This document shows, piece by piece, positions 31,005 to 39,999 of a stretch of 44,722 bases of DNA. Position 1 is the stretch's first letter. Every line of letters starts with the position of its first letter. The notes beneath the pieces are model-generated. The model had not been told where the DNA came from and made no database searches. It worked only from the letters and a program-made list of their open reading frames with translations. The translations under genes were made by a program, and so were the position numbers. The stretch spans positions 1 to 44,722 of the forward strand of contig CAYGMM010000002.1 in assembly GCA_964351035.1 (NCBI GenBank), read 5' to 3'. This DNA comes from an uncultured Actinomyces sp. GTDB lineage: Bacteria > Actinomycetota > Actinomycetes > S36-B12.

Positions 31005-32174
31005 GTGGCACTGGCGGCCAACCCGGATTTCGAGGTCTACGAACTGCCGGAGGAGCATCGCGAACTCAGGGCCGCGGTGCGTGCCCTGTCCGAAGACAAG
31101 ATTGCCCCTCGCGCGGCGGAGATCGACGAGACCGGCGAGTTCCCCCGCGATGTCTACGACGCACTCGTCGCTTCGGACTTCCACGCCATCCACATTCCCG
31201 AGGAGTACGGCGGTCAGGGTGGTGACGCCCTCGCTGCCTGCCTGGTGATCGAAGAAGTCGCGCGGGTGTGCGCGTCGAGTTCACTGATCCCTGCCGTCAA
31301 CAAACTCGGCACGATGCCCCTGATGGTGGCCGGTGATGACGACCTGTTGCGGCGTTACCTGCCGAAGGTCGCGACCGGTGAGGCGATGTTCTCCTACTGC
31401 CTGTCCGAGCGTGAGTCCGGCAGTGACTCCGCGGCTATGCGCACCAGCGCGAAGGCCGACGGCGACGACTGGATCATCAACGGTCAAAAGAGTTGGATCA
31501 CCAATGCGGGGATCTCGGACTACTACACCGTTCTTGCGGTCACTGACCCTGAGGCCGGAGCCAAGGGCATCTCCGCGTTCGTCGTTCACGCTGACGATGA
31601 GGGCGTGTCCTTCGGCGCCCCGGAGCGCAAGCTCGGCATTCACGGATCACCGACCCGGGAGGTCCTTTTCGACCACGTGCGCATCCCCGGTGATCGCATC
31701 GTGGGTGCACCGGGCACGGGCTTCCGCACGGCGATGACGACGCTGGACCACACCCGCATCACCATCGGCGCTCAGGCACTGGGCATCGCTCAGGGCGCGC
31801 TCGACGCGGCCGTCGCCTACGCCAAGGAGCGCGAGCAGTTCGGCAAACCCATCGCGTCCTTCCAGGGCATCCAGTTCATGGTGGCGGACATGGCGATGAA
31901 GCTCGAGGCAGCACGCGCGCTCGTCTACAAGGCCGCGGCCAAGAGTGAGCGGCACGACGACGATCTGTCCTTCTACGGCGCCGCCGCGAAGTGCTATGCC
32001 TCCGACGTTGCGATGCAGATCACTACCGATGCCGTGCAGATCTTCGGCGGCAATGGCTACACCCGTGACTTCCCGGTCGAGCGCTACATGCGCGACGCCA
32101 AGATCACGCAGATCTACGAGGGCACCAACGAGATCCAGCGCCTGGTCATGGCCCGAGCCCTCCTGCGCGGCTGA
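31005..32174 (+). CDS. Acyl-CoA dehydrogenase (short/medium-chain type)
   Basis: 389 aa. The GTG start is preceded by GAGGGAGGA. Motifs [17 protein letters not shown] and [28 protein letters not shown]. Confidence 0.95.
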   Translation: MALAANPDFEVYELPEEHRELRAAVRALSEDKIAPRAAEIDETGEFPRDVYDALVASDFHAIHIPEEYGGQGGDALAACLVIEEVARVCASSSLIPAVNKLGTMPLMVAGDDDLLRRYLPKVATGEAMFSYCLSERESGSDSAAMRTSAKADGDDWIINGQKSWITNAGISDYYTVLAVTDPEAGAKGISAFVVHADDEGVSFGAPERKLGIHGSPTREVLFDHVRIPGDRIVGAPGTGFRTAMTTLDHTRITIGAQALGIAQGALDAAVAYAKEREQFGKPIASFQGIQFMVADMAMKLEAARALVYKAAAKSERHDDDLSFYGAAAKCYASDVAMQITTDAVQIFGGNGYTRDFPVERYMRDAKITQIYEGTNEIQRLVMARALLRG

Positions 32175-32175
32175 C

Positions 32176-32706
32176 GTGGCGCTTGACCCTGTGCCCGACC
32201 ACCCCTCCCTCGAGCCGGTCCCGGCCAGTCGCTCCCGGGCGACCCTCGCCCGCGTCATGGGTGTGGTGGACGCCAACAACTACGGCAATGTGCACGGTGG
32301 AGTCATCCTGCGTGCGGTAGATGAGGCCGGTGCGGTTGCGGCTGTGAAGCATTCGGACGGGCCCGCCGTCACGGCGCTGATCGATCAGATGGCCTTTCGT
32401 GAGCCGGTCAAACTGGGCGACTTGCTGACCACGCGCGCTCAGGTCAACTGGACCGGGACGACGAGCATGGAGGTCGGCGTCCGGATCACCGTCGAACGCA
32501 GCGGTGTCGAGGGTGAGATCCATGTGGGGACTGCGTACCTCGTCTATGTCGCGATCGATGCCGACGGTGAGCCCCGCAAGGTGCCTCCGGTGCGGGCCGA
32601 GGACGATGAGGATCGCCGCCGAATCGCCGAAGCGGAGATCCGCCGAGCCTCCCGGCTCGGTCGTCGGCAAGCCATCGAAGAACTTCGCCGCCACGGCGCC
32701 GAATAA
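32176..32706 (+). CDS. Acyl-CoA thioesterase (hotdog fold, YciA/ACOT-like)
   Basis: ANNYGNVHGGVILRAVDEAG is the hotdog signature. The GTG at 32176 lies 1 nt after the dehydrogenase stop. The start is uncertain. Confidence 0.85.
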   Translation: MALDPVPDHPSLEPVPASRSRATLARVMGVVDANNYGNVHGGVILRAVDEAGAVAAVKHSDGPAVTALIDQMAFREPVKLGDLLTTRAQVNWTGTTSMEVGVRITVERSGVEGEIHVGTAYLVYVAIDADGEPRKVPPVRAEDDEDRRRIAEAEIRRASRLGRRQAIEELRRHGAE

Positions 32707-32781
32707 TCGACCGTTTCTCCCGCTTAGCGGGACAGATGGTCGACGGCGTGGCGTTTTGGGCGGTTATCGACCATTTCTCCC
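32702..32781 (-). repeat. REP-like intergenic element, inverted orientation relative to 22083-22153; two GGGAGAAAYGGTCGAT boxes
   Basis: The reverse complement reads gggagaaatggtcgataaccgccca...gtcccgctaagcgggagaaacggtcgattatt. It fills a convergent spacer. Confidence 0.65.
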
Positions 32782-32797
32782 GCTGTCGCCCCGCTCG

Positions 32798-33832
32798 CTA
32801 GTCAGAATGTCGCGAGTCAGAATTCCGAGGCGCCCCGAGCAGGAAGCCGGCACCCCAGGCAAAGTGCATGGTGGGGAAGACGATGGGCAGCCAGCGCGCG
32901 GCTGATCCGCTGAGACCTCGCGCCGAAGAGGCTGATGCGATTCCATCGGCGAGTAGGTAGATCGCCGGTTGGCTCGCTCCCAGCGCCGCGATGCGTGGAC
33001 GACGTGCGAGTACGCCGCCCGCCGCAAGCAGCACGCCCGCACTCACCGCGAGCAGCGTGACCGGCGGGGCCAGATAGCGCAGCGACACCGTCTCGGGATG
33101 ACGGCGCGCAACCTCACGACGCCACCGGCCGTACTCGAAGTACTGTCGGGCCAGCGTCTTGACCGAGTCCCGCGGCCGATAGGTGACCCGCATGCGCGGC
33201 GTGAACCACACCTGCCCGCCGGTCTGGCGAATGCGGTGGTTGAGCTCCCAGTCCTGCGCCCGCACCATGGACTCATCGAAGCCACCGACGCGCTCGAGGG
33301 CCGATCGACGGAAGCAGCCGAGGTAGACGGTGAGGGCCGGCCCCTCTTCACCGCCGATGTGGAACGCCGCACCGCCGACACCGAACCACGAGGTCATCGC
33401 CGCAGCGACGGCCTGCTCAAACGGTGTGACGCCCTCGGCGCCCATGATGCCGCCGACGTTGTCGGCGCCGGTTGCCTCCAGGGTCTCCACAGCGGCGGCG
33501 ATGTAATCGGGGGGGATCACCGCATGACCGTCGACACGAACGATGATGTCGTGGCGCGCCGCCGCGATCGCGGCATTGAGAGCCGCCGCTGTGCGGCCGC
33601 TCGGATTGCTGGTCAGCGTCACTCGCGCGTCACGCGACGCCAAGTCCGCCGCGACCTCGTCCGTCTGGTCATGCGACGGACCGAGTGCGAGCACGACCTC
33701 AATGGGCCCGGCGTACTCCGAACTCAAGATCGCGGTCACTGCTTCGGCGAGGTGTCGCTCCTCGTTGAGGACGGGCATGATCACAGACACGCCCGGTAGC
33801 GATGCGGGGGTGGGAGCCGACACAGCGGTCAA
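32798..33832 (-). CDS. Family 2 glycosyltransferase with C-terminal transmembrane segments
   Basis: VSVIMPVLNEERHL, the DGH.. DxD region and an (Q/R)xxRW-like RWRRE. A TTG at 33832 with GAGG 6 nt upstream was chosen. The longer ORF to 34069 overlaps the divergent methyltransferase gene. Confidence 0.85.
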   Translation of the reverse strand: MTAVSAPTPASLPGVSVIMPVLNEERHLAEAVTAILSSEYAGPIEVVLALGPSHDQTDEVAADLASRDARVTLTSNPSGRTAAALNAAIAAARHDIIVRVDGHAVIPPDYIAAAVETLEATGADNVGGIMGAEGVTPFEQAVAAAMTSWFGVGGAAFHIGGEEGPALTVYLGCFRRSALERVGGFDESMVRAQDWELNHRIRQTGGQVWFTPRMRVTYRPRDSVKTLARQYFEYGRWRREVARRHPETVSLRYLAPPVTLLAVSAGVLLAAGGVLARRPRIAALGASQPAIYLLADGIASASSARGLSGSAARWLPIVFPTMHFAWGAGFLLGAPRNSDSRHSD

Positions 33833-33890
33833 GGGTAGCCTCAAGCATCCGCAAGACGGGATCTGTGGAGGTGCGGTGCGTAGTCGAGCA

Positions 33891-34913
33891 ATGATCGCGG
33901 TCGCGGCAATCGTGGCCGCCGGTCTGCTGGCGGCCCTGGGCTGGGTGCTCGCGTGGCCCACCGCGGCGATCGTCATCCTGGCCGTCCTGGGCCTCGGCGC
34001 CGGGGCTGCGTCGATGCAGGCACTGCTGTGGCTGCGCATCACCGCGAGTCGCATGTCGCGCATCGACAACCGCCTCGAAGCGATGCGGGCGACCGGTGAT
34101 CGCCGTCACGAGATCATGCTTCGCTCGTTCCGTGAGCACCGCAAGTACGTGGGAGAGGCCGCGGCCGCGGCGCGCCGCGCAGACAATCGCGACGACATTG
34201 CCAAGCTCGAGCCGCTCATCAAGGACGTGACCAAGAAGAACGCTCAGGAGTTGCGCGAACTACGGCACAACCTGACGCAAAAGCTCGACGACCAGGTGGT
34301 GTTGCTCGAGGACTACCAGCAACTCATGCGCCTGGTCCCGATGCCGCTGCCCATGCCGCGACCGGGCACCTGGGCCGCCTCGGAGGACTACCTGCTGTGG
34401 CTCGCCGGTTTTGTCCTGGAACATCGCCCTGCCCTCGTGGTCGACGTCGGCAGCGGTCAGTCGAGCGTGTGGATGGCCGGTGCCATGAAGGCGGCGGGGT
34501 ACGCCGGCAAGGTCGTCGCGATCGATCACGAGCCGGACTTCGCCGAGCAGACGCGGGCTCTGGCGCGACGACAGGGTGTGAGTGAGTGGATTGAGGTGCG
34601 CTGCGTGGATCTGATGGATCAGACCATTGATGGCCGCGCGTGCACCTGGTACGACCCCGCGGTCCTCGACGGACTCGACGGCATCAACCTGCTGTCGATC
34701 GACGGCCCTCCCGGCAAGGGCAATCCGGAGGCGCGCTGGCCCGCGCTGCCCCTGCTCCGTGACAGTCTCGCACCCGGCGGCGTCGTCGTACTCGACGACA
34801 TGATCCGCGTCGACGAGCAGGTCATTGCCGAGGACTGGCATGGCCGCTACCCCGAGTTGAGTCGGGTGGATCTGGATTTCGAGAAGGGCGCGGCCGTCTT
34901 CACCGCACCGTAG
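33891..34913 (+). CDS. Membrane-anchored class I SAM-dependent methyltransferase with coiled-coil linker
   Basis: Two N-terminal TM helices, a ~100-aa charged helical region, then the MT core VVDVGSGQSSVW ... VVAIDHE ... LLSIDG ... GGVVVLDD. An alternative GTG at 33876 follows GGAGG. Confidence 0.8.
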   Translation: MIAVAAIVAAGLLAALGWVLAWPTAAIVILAVLGLGAGAASMQALLWLRITASRMSRIDNRLEAMRATGDRRHEIMLRSFREHRKYVGEAAAAARRADNRDDIAKLEPLIKDVTKKNAQELRELRHNLTQKLDDQVVLLEDYQQLMRLVPMPLPMPRPGTWAASEDYLLWLAGFVLEHRPALVVDVGSGQSSVWMAGAMKAAGYAGKVVAIDHEPDFAEQTRALARRQGVSEWIEVRCVDLMDQTIDGRACTWYDPAVLDGLDGINLLSIDGPPGKGNPEARWPALPLLRDSLAPGGVVVLDDMIRVDEQVIAEDWHGRYPELSRVDLDFEKGAAVFTAP

Positions 34914-34919
34914 CGGGTC

Positions 34920-36425
34920 TCAGGCGCAGCGGACCTTGTCCGCGGTCGTCGGATCGGTGATGAAGTCGTTCTCCCGATCGGAGTTCGTCTGCTCGCCTCC
35001 GCCGCTCTGCTGCTTGTCCTTGACCTGGGCGCCGATGACGACGCTCTCCACGCCGGCGTACGTCGACCCCACGACGATGGTGATCGTGGTGGCCGTCTCG
35101 TCGGCGACGGTGGTCGATCCGGGGAAAGCGGCGAGCACGGTACGCGCGGCTTCGGCGGACGGCGCGTCGTGGTGGATCTCGGTCTGCACATAGTCCGAAC
35201 TCGGAGCGTCGCCGATCTCGACGACGGTGAAGCCCTCGGCCTCGAGGGCCGCGGCGACCTCCGCCGCGCGACCAGCCACGCCACTGCCGTTGAGGACGCG
35301 CACCGTGATCTCCTCGGGGACGATCGTCAGACCGTTGTCGACCTTCTCCTTGGACTTGCTCGCCGAAACGGTCTTCTTGGGCTTGATCCAGGGCTCGTCG
35401 TCGGCCATGGACTGCCACACCAGCGCCGCCTGCTCGGCATCGACGAGCACGTTCTCGCCGTCGCCGCGTTCGACCCACGGCATGGTGAGGAACGCGATGT
35501 CACCCGGCGCCATGCCCTTGACGCTCAGCGCGAGATCGCGCAGGACGTCAATGTCGGCCAGGCCCGGGTCGGTGGTGAGGCCACGCGTGGCGGCGTCAAG
35601 CGTCGAGTAGAGCTTGACCGGATTGAGCAGCAGTCCGGTCGAGGAGGCCTCGCGAATCATGGAGGACAGGAAGGCCTGCTGACGCTTGATGCGGCTGAGG
35701 TCGCTGCCGTCGCTGAGAGTCTTGCGGGCACGTACGAAACTCAGTGCCTGCTCGCCGTCGACGATGCTCGTGCCAGCGGGGAGATCGAGGTCGCTTGCCG
35801 GGTCGAGGGCCGGCTCGGTAAGGCAGACCTCGACGCCACCCATTGCGTCGACGACCTCCTTGAATCCGGTGAAGTCGATGACCGCGAAGTTGTCGATCGT
35901 CAGTCCGGTCATCTGCTCGACCAACTTCACGGTGCAGCCGGGGCCGCCGATCTCGAAGGCGGTGTTGAACTTCGCCTCGAAGGCGCCGACGGTCTCACCG
36001 TCGACGGTGCACTCCGGGAGCATCACCCAGGTGTCGCGCGGGATGCTCACCGCGGTGGCGAAGGAACGATCTTCGGACAGGTGCAGCAAGATCGTGGTGT
36101 CGGAGCGTTCGCCGGTGTAGATGTCCGGGTCGCCGTACTTCTTGGACGTCTCGCCCGCGCGACTGTCGCTACCCATCAGCAGGACGTTGACTGCGGAGTA
36201 GTTGCCCTGCTCGTCGACGACGGGAGTGGGCACGAACTCACGGCCGGTCGTCTCGCTGATGTCGACCGCGGTGATGTTGCCCTGCAGTTTGGAGGACGCG
36301 ACGTCGATGCCGACGCCGGCCAGGGTGAGGACGAGGACCGCGCTCGCGGCGACGGCCGCGATGACCCGCGGCCAGCGCCGTGACCGTCGCGGGGCAGGGG
36401 AGGGTGCAGCGGGCGAACTGGACAC
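34920..36425 (-). CDS. LCP (LytR-CpsA-Psr) family glycopolymer ligase with LytR_C domain
   Basis: N-terminal TM anchor, VLLMGSDSR, SDTTILLHL and SIPRDTWV, then a C-terminal TVRVLNGSGVAGRA LytR_C domain. Confidence 0.93.
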   Translation of the reverse strand: MSSSPAAPSPAPRRSRRWPRVIAAVAASAVLVLTLAGVGIDVASSKLQGNITAVDISETTGREFVPTPVVDEQGNYSAVNVLLMGSDSRAGETSKKYGDPDIYTGERSDTTILLHLSEDRSFATAVSIPRDTWVMLPECTVDGETVGAFEAKFNTAFEIGGPGCTVKLVEQMTGLTIDNFAVIDFTGFKEVVDAMGGVEVCLTEPALDPASDLDLPAGTSIVDGEQALSFVRARKTLSDGSDLSRIKRQQAFLSSMIREASSTGLLLNPVKLYSTLDAATRGLTTDPGLADIDVLRDLALSVKGMAPGDIAFLTMPWVERGDGENVLVDAEQAALVWQSMADDEPWIKPKKTVSASKSKEKVDNGLTIVPEEITVRVLNGSGVAGRAAEVAAALEAEGFTVVEIGDAPSSDYVQTEIHHDAPSAEAARTVLAAFPGSTTVADETATTITIVVGSTYAGVESVVIGAQVKDKQQSGGGEQTNSDRENDFITDPTTADKVRCA

Positions 36426-36583
36426 GCTGCTCCCTTCGATGGTGGTGGTCCCAGAGTAGGGCCGACCAGGGCTCGGACGCCGGTTGACCCGGCCGGGTTC
36501 CCCGTGGACCGCAGCATGAGCCTGTGAATGTGATCAGAGTGACCTCTGAGAAGGGTGAGTCGCCTTGACACCCAAGGCCCCCG

Positions 36584-39500
36584 ATGGGGCACTCTCCTAT
36601 GGTGAGGAGAGTCCATGCGGTGACGGCTGCCCTGGGAGCCTTCACCCTAGCAACCGGAGCGCTGACGGCCGTGCCGGCTGTGGCCGCACCGGGAGACGAG
36701 ACCTCCACACCTGACCCCGCCTCCGAACCCATTCGAGCCACGGTCCGATCGGTCCCCCTCGACGGGGTGGATCAGGGCGGCCTGGTGACTTCCCCCGCCG
36801 CGTCGACACCGGTCGCCGTGGCCGGTGAGGACCACGTTGATGCTGAGCACGCTGGCGAGGCACGCGCTGCCGCGGCGGCACTGCGTCCGGCGGCGGCCAT
36901 CCCGGCAACTTCGACGAAGCCCTTCGGGCTGGTCGGCCTCACCGCGGACGAGCCTTTCGCCGAGGGCACCCGGGTCGTCATGCGTGTTCGACAGGATGGC
37001 GAATGGCAGCCGTGGATGGAGGTCCCGACGTCGGATCACCTACCTGATCCGGACACTGATGAGGGCGAGCGGGCGCGCTACGCGACGGAGCCGGTCGTGA
37101 CCAATGAGGCGGACGGCGTTCAGGTACGCGTTGATACGCCGACCGGCCAGATGCCCGCCGATACGCAATTGGTGATGATTGACAACCCCGAGCGCGCCTC
37201 GGACGCCGACCTTGTCGGGCAGCCGGTGGCCAGCGCCGCGGCGCGCAGCGGCGTCCGCAAACCCACCATCATCACGCGTGAGCAGTGGGGTGCGGACGAG
37301 TCGTTACGCCGTGGCACGACGCAGTACTCCGACACGATCAAGGTCGCGTGGGTCCACCACGTCGTTTCATCCAACGACTACACCGCGGCCCAGGCGGCAC
37401 AGCAGATGCGCAACGTCTACAGCTGGTTCACCGAGGGCATCCAGGTCAACGACTTCGGCTACAACTTCATGGTGGACCGGTTCGGCCGTCTCTACGAGGG
37501 CCGCGCGGGCGGTGTCGACAAGGCCGTCATCGGTGCGCACACCTCGGGCTTCAACTCCGAGACCTTCGCGGTGTCCTTCCTTGGCAACGCCGACACCCTG
37601 AATCCGAGGCAGGCGACGAAGGAGAAGATCCTCGACTCCATCAGCGACCTCATCGCGTGGAAGTTCGAACTCTTCGACGTCAACCCGCTGGGCAAGGCGA
37701 CGCTGACGTCAGCAGGGCCGGGCCCGGGCCAGGGCACCACGTCGATGTACTGGCCGGGGGAGAAGGTCTCCATCGAGACGATCTCCGGCCACGGCGACAT
37801 CGGGAGCACCTCATGCCCCGGCGAGTTCCTGCGACCGACGATGCCCCATCTGCGTCTCGCGGTTTCCGCCCGTCAGGGCCGCAACTTTTATCCCCCGTCG
37901 ATCAAGGGCGACAAGACCCCCTGGGGCGGCGGGGGATCGATCATCCTCAACCCCAAGTCCAACGGGCCCATGGACGCCACCCTCACGGTGTCCAATGCCT
38001 GTGGCGATCCGGTCCGCACCATGCGGGCATCCACCGCTGAGGCGGCCACGGTGAACTTCACGTGGGACCAACTCGACGACAAGGGCAAGCAGGTCCCGCC
38101 GGGCTTGTACACCTTCCGCATCGACGCGACGAGCAATGGCAAGAACCTCTTCCCGTGGGAGGGCACGGCGCGCATCTCCGCGACGGCCGATTCCCCACCC
38201 GACCCGTGTACGCCGCCCGAGCAGTTCACCATCGCCGGAACCGGCTACGGCCACGGTGTCGGCCTATCCCAGTGGGGCGCCTACGCCATGGCGGAAGAGG
38301 GCTGGAACGCCGATCGGATCGTGCAGTACTACTACCCCGGCACCAAGGTGAAATCCCTCGACGATCAGTCCGACGTTCGGATCAGCCTGCTCTATCAAAA
38401 GCCGGTGGCGCACGCGCGCGTCGAGAACCTGAGCGGTTCTGGCGCGCAGATCGAGATCTCGCTCGGCCCGCGCAAGAAGGTCGTCGTCGATGCCGGTGTG
38501 AGCCTGACCTTCAAGAACGAGAAGAAATACGTCAGCGTGCGCCAGACCGTGAACGGCAAGACCAGCAAGATCGGTCGTGCACGCGTCATCACCCTTCGCT
38601 GGTCCGGCACCCGCGACCCCGGCGCCACCGGCTCGACTCCGGCTGTCCTCAATGTGGCCGGGCCCGACGAGAACTACGTTGATGAGGGCCATCGCTACCG
38701 CTACGGCAAGGTCGAGATCGCTCCGGTCAAGGCCGATGGCGGCCGACGCCTCGCGGTGGTCAACGTCCTACGCCTCGGCGACGAGTACCTCAAGGGCATT
38801 GCCGAGGTCGTGCCGACGTGGCCCCAGGCGGCACTCCAATCGCAGGTGATCGCTTCCCGGGCGTACGCGCTCTCCAAACTCGAGGCGGGGACCCGCAAGG
38901 ACTGCCTGTGCCACATGGATGACGGGGACGGCCCGTACTACGACCAGACCTTCAAGGGCTACGTGGTCGAATCCGGCTACGGCGGTGACAACTGGGTCAA
39001 GGCCGTCGAGGCGACCCGCTCGGGCAGCCAGGGGCGGACGGTCACCTATGAGGGTGCTCCAATCCCCGCCTTCTACACCGCCGCCACCGGTGGCATGACC
39101 AACTCAGCGCAGGAGGTCTGGGGTGGCTCGGGGTACGCCTGGGCGACACCGGTCGATGATCACTGGAGCCTGGAGGCACCGGGCAACCCCTACCGGCGCT
39201 GGAACGTCGTCATCAGTCAGTCGCAGGCCGGGGACCTGTTCGGTCTCTCGGACATCATGACCATTGAGGTCAGCAAGACGATGGCCTCCGGCGGCGCCAA
39301 GGAGGTCACGGCGCGCAGCCTGGACGGTCGGCGTAGTTCGATGTCCGCCTCCAGCCTGAGATCTGCGCTGTCCATGCGGTCGACGTACATCACCGACATC
39401 ACCGAGCAGGAGGTCGCCGGTGATGTCCCCGTCCCCAAGGGGGGCGTGACCCTGCGTGCCAATCCGAAGGGTGACGTCAAGGACGGCACCGTGGTGACCT

Positions 39501-39730
39501 TGTCCGGCGTCATCAAGAACCCGACTCCCGGCCTCGTCGTCCAGCGGCAGGTCCAGGTCAATGGCGGCGAGTGGCAGGACCGCAACTCCGTCGTGGCCAC
39601 GGCGGACGGCCGGTTCGCGCTGTCGGTGAACGTCACCGGTGTGGGCAACACCTACGTGTGGCGGGTCCTGGTGTTGGACGGCGGTACGCCGATCGCCCGC
39701 AGCGGCACCCGCAAATCAACCGTGCTGTAG
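36584..39730 (+). CDS. Secreted multidomain cell-wall protein: N-acetylmuramoyl-L-alanine amidase (Amidase_2/PGRP) + Ig-like + SpoIID/LytB domains
   Basis: Signal peptide. The amidase region reads REQWGADE, VHHV and GYNFMVDRFGRLYEGR...GAHT. A FlgD-Ig-like segment is followed by SpoIID motifs GYGHGVGLSQWGA and FYTAATGG.T. The start may be the ATG at 36599. Confidence 0.9.
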   Translation: MGHSPMVRRVHAVTAALGAFTLATGALTAVPAVAAPGDETSTPDPASEPIRATVRSVPLDGVDQGGLVTSPAASTPVAVAGEDHVDAEHAGEARAAAAALRPAAAIPATSTKPFGLVGLTADEPFAEGTRVVMRVRQDGEWQPWMEVPTSDHLPDPDTDEGERARYATEPVVTNEADGVQVRVDTPTGQMPADTQLVMIDNPERASDADLVGQPVASAAARSGVRKPTIITREQWGADESLRRGTTQYSDTIKVAWVHHVVSSNDYTAAQAAQQMRNVYSWFTEGIQVNDFGYNFMVDRFGRLYEGRAGGVDKAVIGAHTSGFNSETFAVSFLGNADTLNPRQATKEKILDSISDLIAWKFELFDVNPLGKATLTSAGPGPGQGTTSMYWPGEKVSIETISGHGDIGSTSCPGEFLRPTMPHLRLAVSARQGRNFYPPSIKGDKTPWGGGGSIILNPKSNGPMDATLTVSNACGDPVRTMRASTAEAATVNFTWDQLDDKGKQVPPGLYTFRIDATSNGKNLFPWEGTARISATADSPPDPCTPPEQFTIAGTGYGHGVGLSQWGAYAMAEEGWNADRIVQYYYPGTKVKSLDDQSDVRISLLYQKPVAHARVENLSGSGAQIEISLGPRKKVVVDAGVSLTFKNEKKYVSVRQTVNGKTSKIGRARVITLRWSGTRDPGATGSTPAVLNVAGPDENYVDEGHRYRYGKVEIAPVKADGGRRLAVVNVLRLGDEYLKGIAEVVPTWPQAALQSQVIASRAYALSKLEAGTRKDCLCHMDDGDGPYYDQTFKGYVVESGYGGDNWVKAVEATRSGSQGRTVTYEGAPIPAFYTAATGGMTNSAQEVWGGSGYAWATPVDDHWSLEAPGNPYRRWNVVISQSQAGDLFGLSDIMTIEVSKTMASGGAKEVTARSLDGRRSSMSASSLRSALSMRSTYITDITEQEVAGDVPVPKGGVTLRANPKGDVKDGTVVTLSGVIKNPTPGLVVQRQVQVNGGEWQDRNSVVATADGRFALSVNVTGVGNTYVWRVLVLDGGTPIARSGTRKSTVL

Positions 39731-39740
39731 TGAACTGACC

Positions 39741-39986
39741 TCAGCGAGATCGGACCGGCGCGAATGCGCGCACGGCGTTCGATGCCATCACTGACAGCAG
39801 GGACCTGCTCGACATGATCGAGGCGGCACTGGCGAACGATCCGATGGACAGCGCACTGGCTGCTGAGCCAATGGAGCCGATCGACAGTACGGAGCCGACC
39901 GAACCGATGGACAACACCGAGTTGCGACTGCCGATTGAGAGCAGCGAATTCGTCGAACCGATGCTCCAGCGCGATGACGTGCTCAT
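39741..39986 (-). CDS. Hypothetical 81-aa Ser-rich repeat protein: (S-x-x)x21 with SIGS nonapeptide repeats
   Basis: The ATG is preceded by GGGAGGA (3-nt spacer), 13 nt downstream of the TIGR03089-like gene on the same strand. Ser falls at every third residue from 5 to 65 and is encoded by both TCN and AGY codons, which favours this frame over the antisense ORF. Confidence 0.55.
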   Translation of the reverse strand: MSTSSRWSIGSTNSLLSIGSRNSVLSIGSVGSVLSIGSIGSAASALSIGSFASAASIMSSRSLLSVMASNAVRAFAPVRSR

Positions 39987-39999
39987 GATCCTCCCTCGA

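Noticed and set aside
35169-36383. 404-aa plus-strand ORF.
   Set aside because: It is antisense to the LCP gene, whose LytR-CpsA-Psr and LytR_C motifs are clear. It has no motifs of its own.
36426-36583. Possible c-di-AMP (ydaO-type) or other riboswitch in the divergent LCP / amidase leader. Cell-wall hydrolase genes in actinobacteria often carry one.
   Set aside because: Only fragmentary resemblances were found (agggtgagtc; acggggaaccc on the minus strand). The spacer is short, and I cannot recover the pseudo-symmetric consensus by eye. A covariance-model scan (Rfam RF00379) is needed, so no claim is made.
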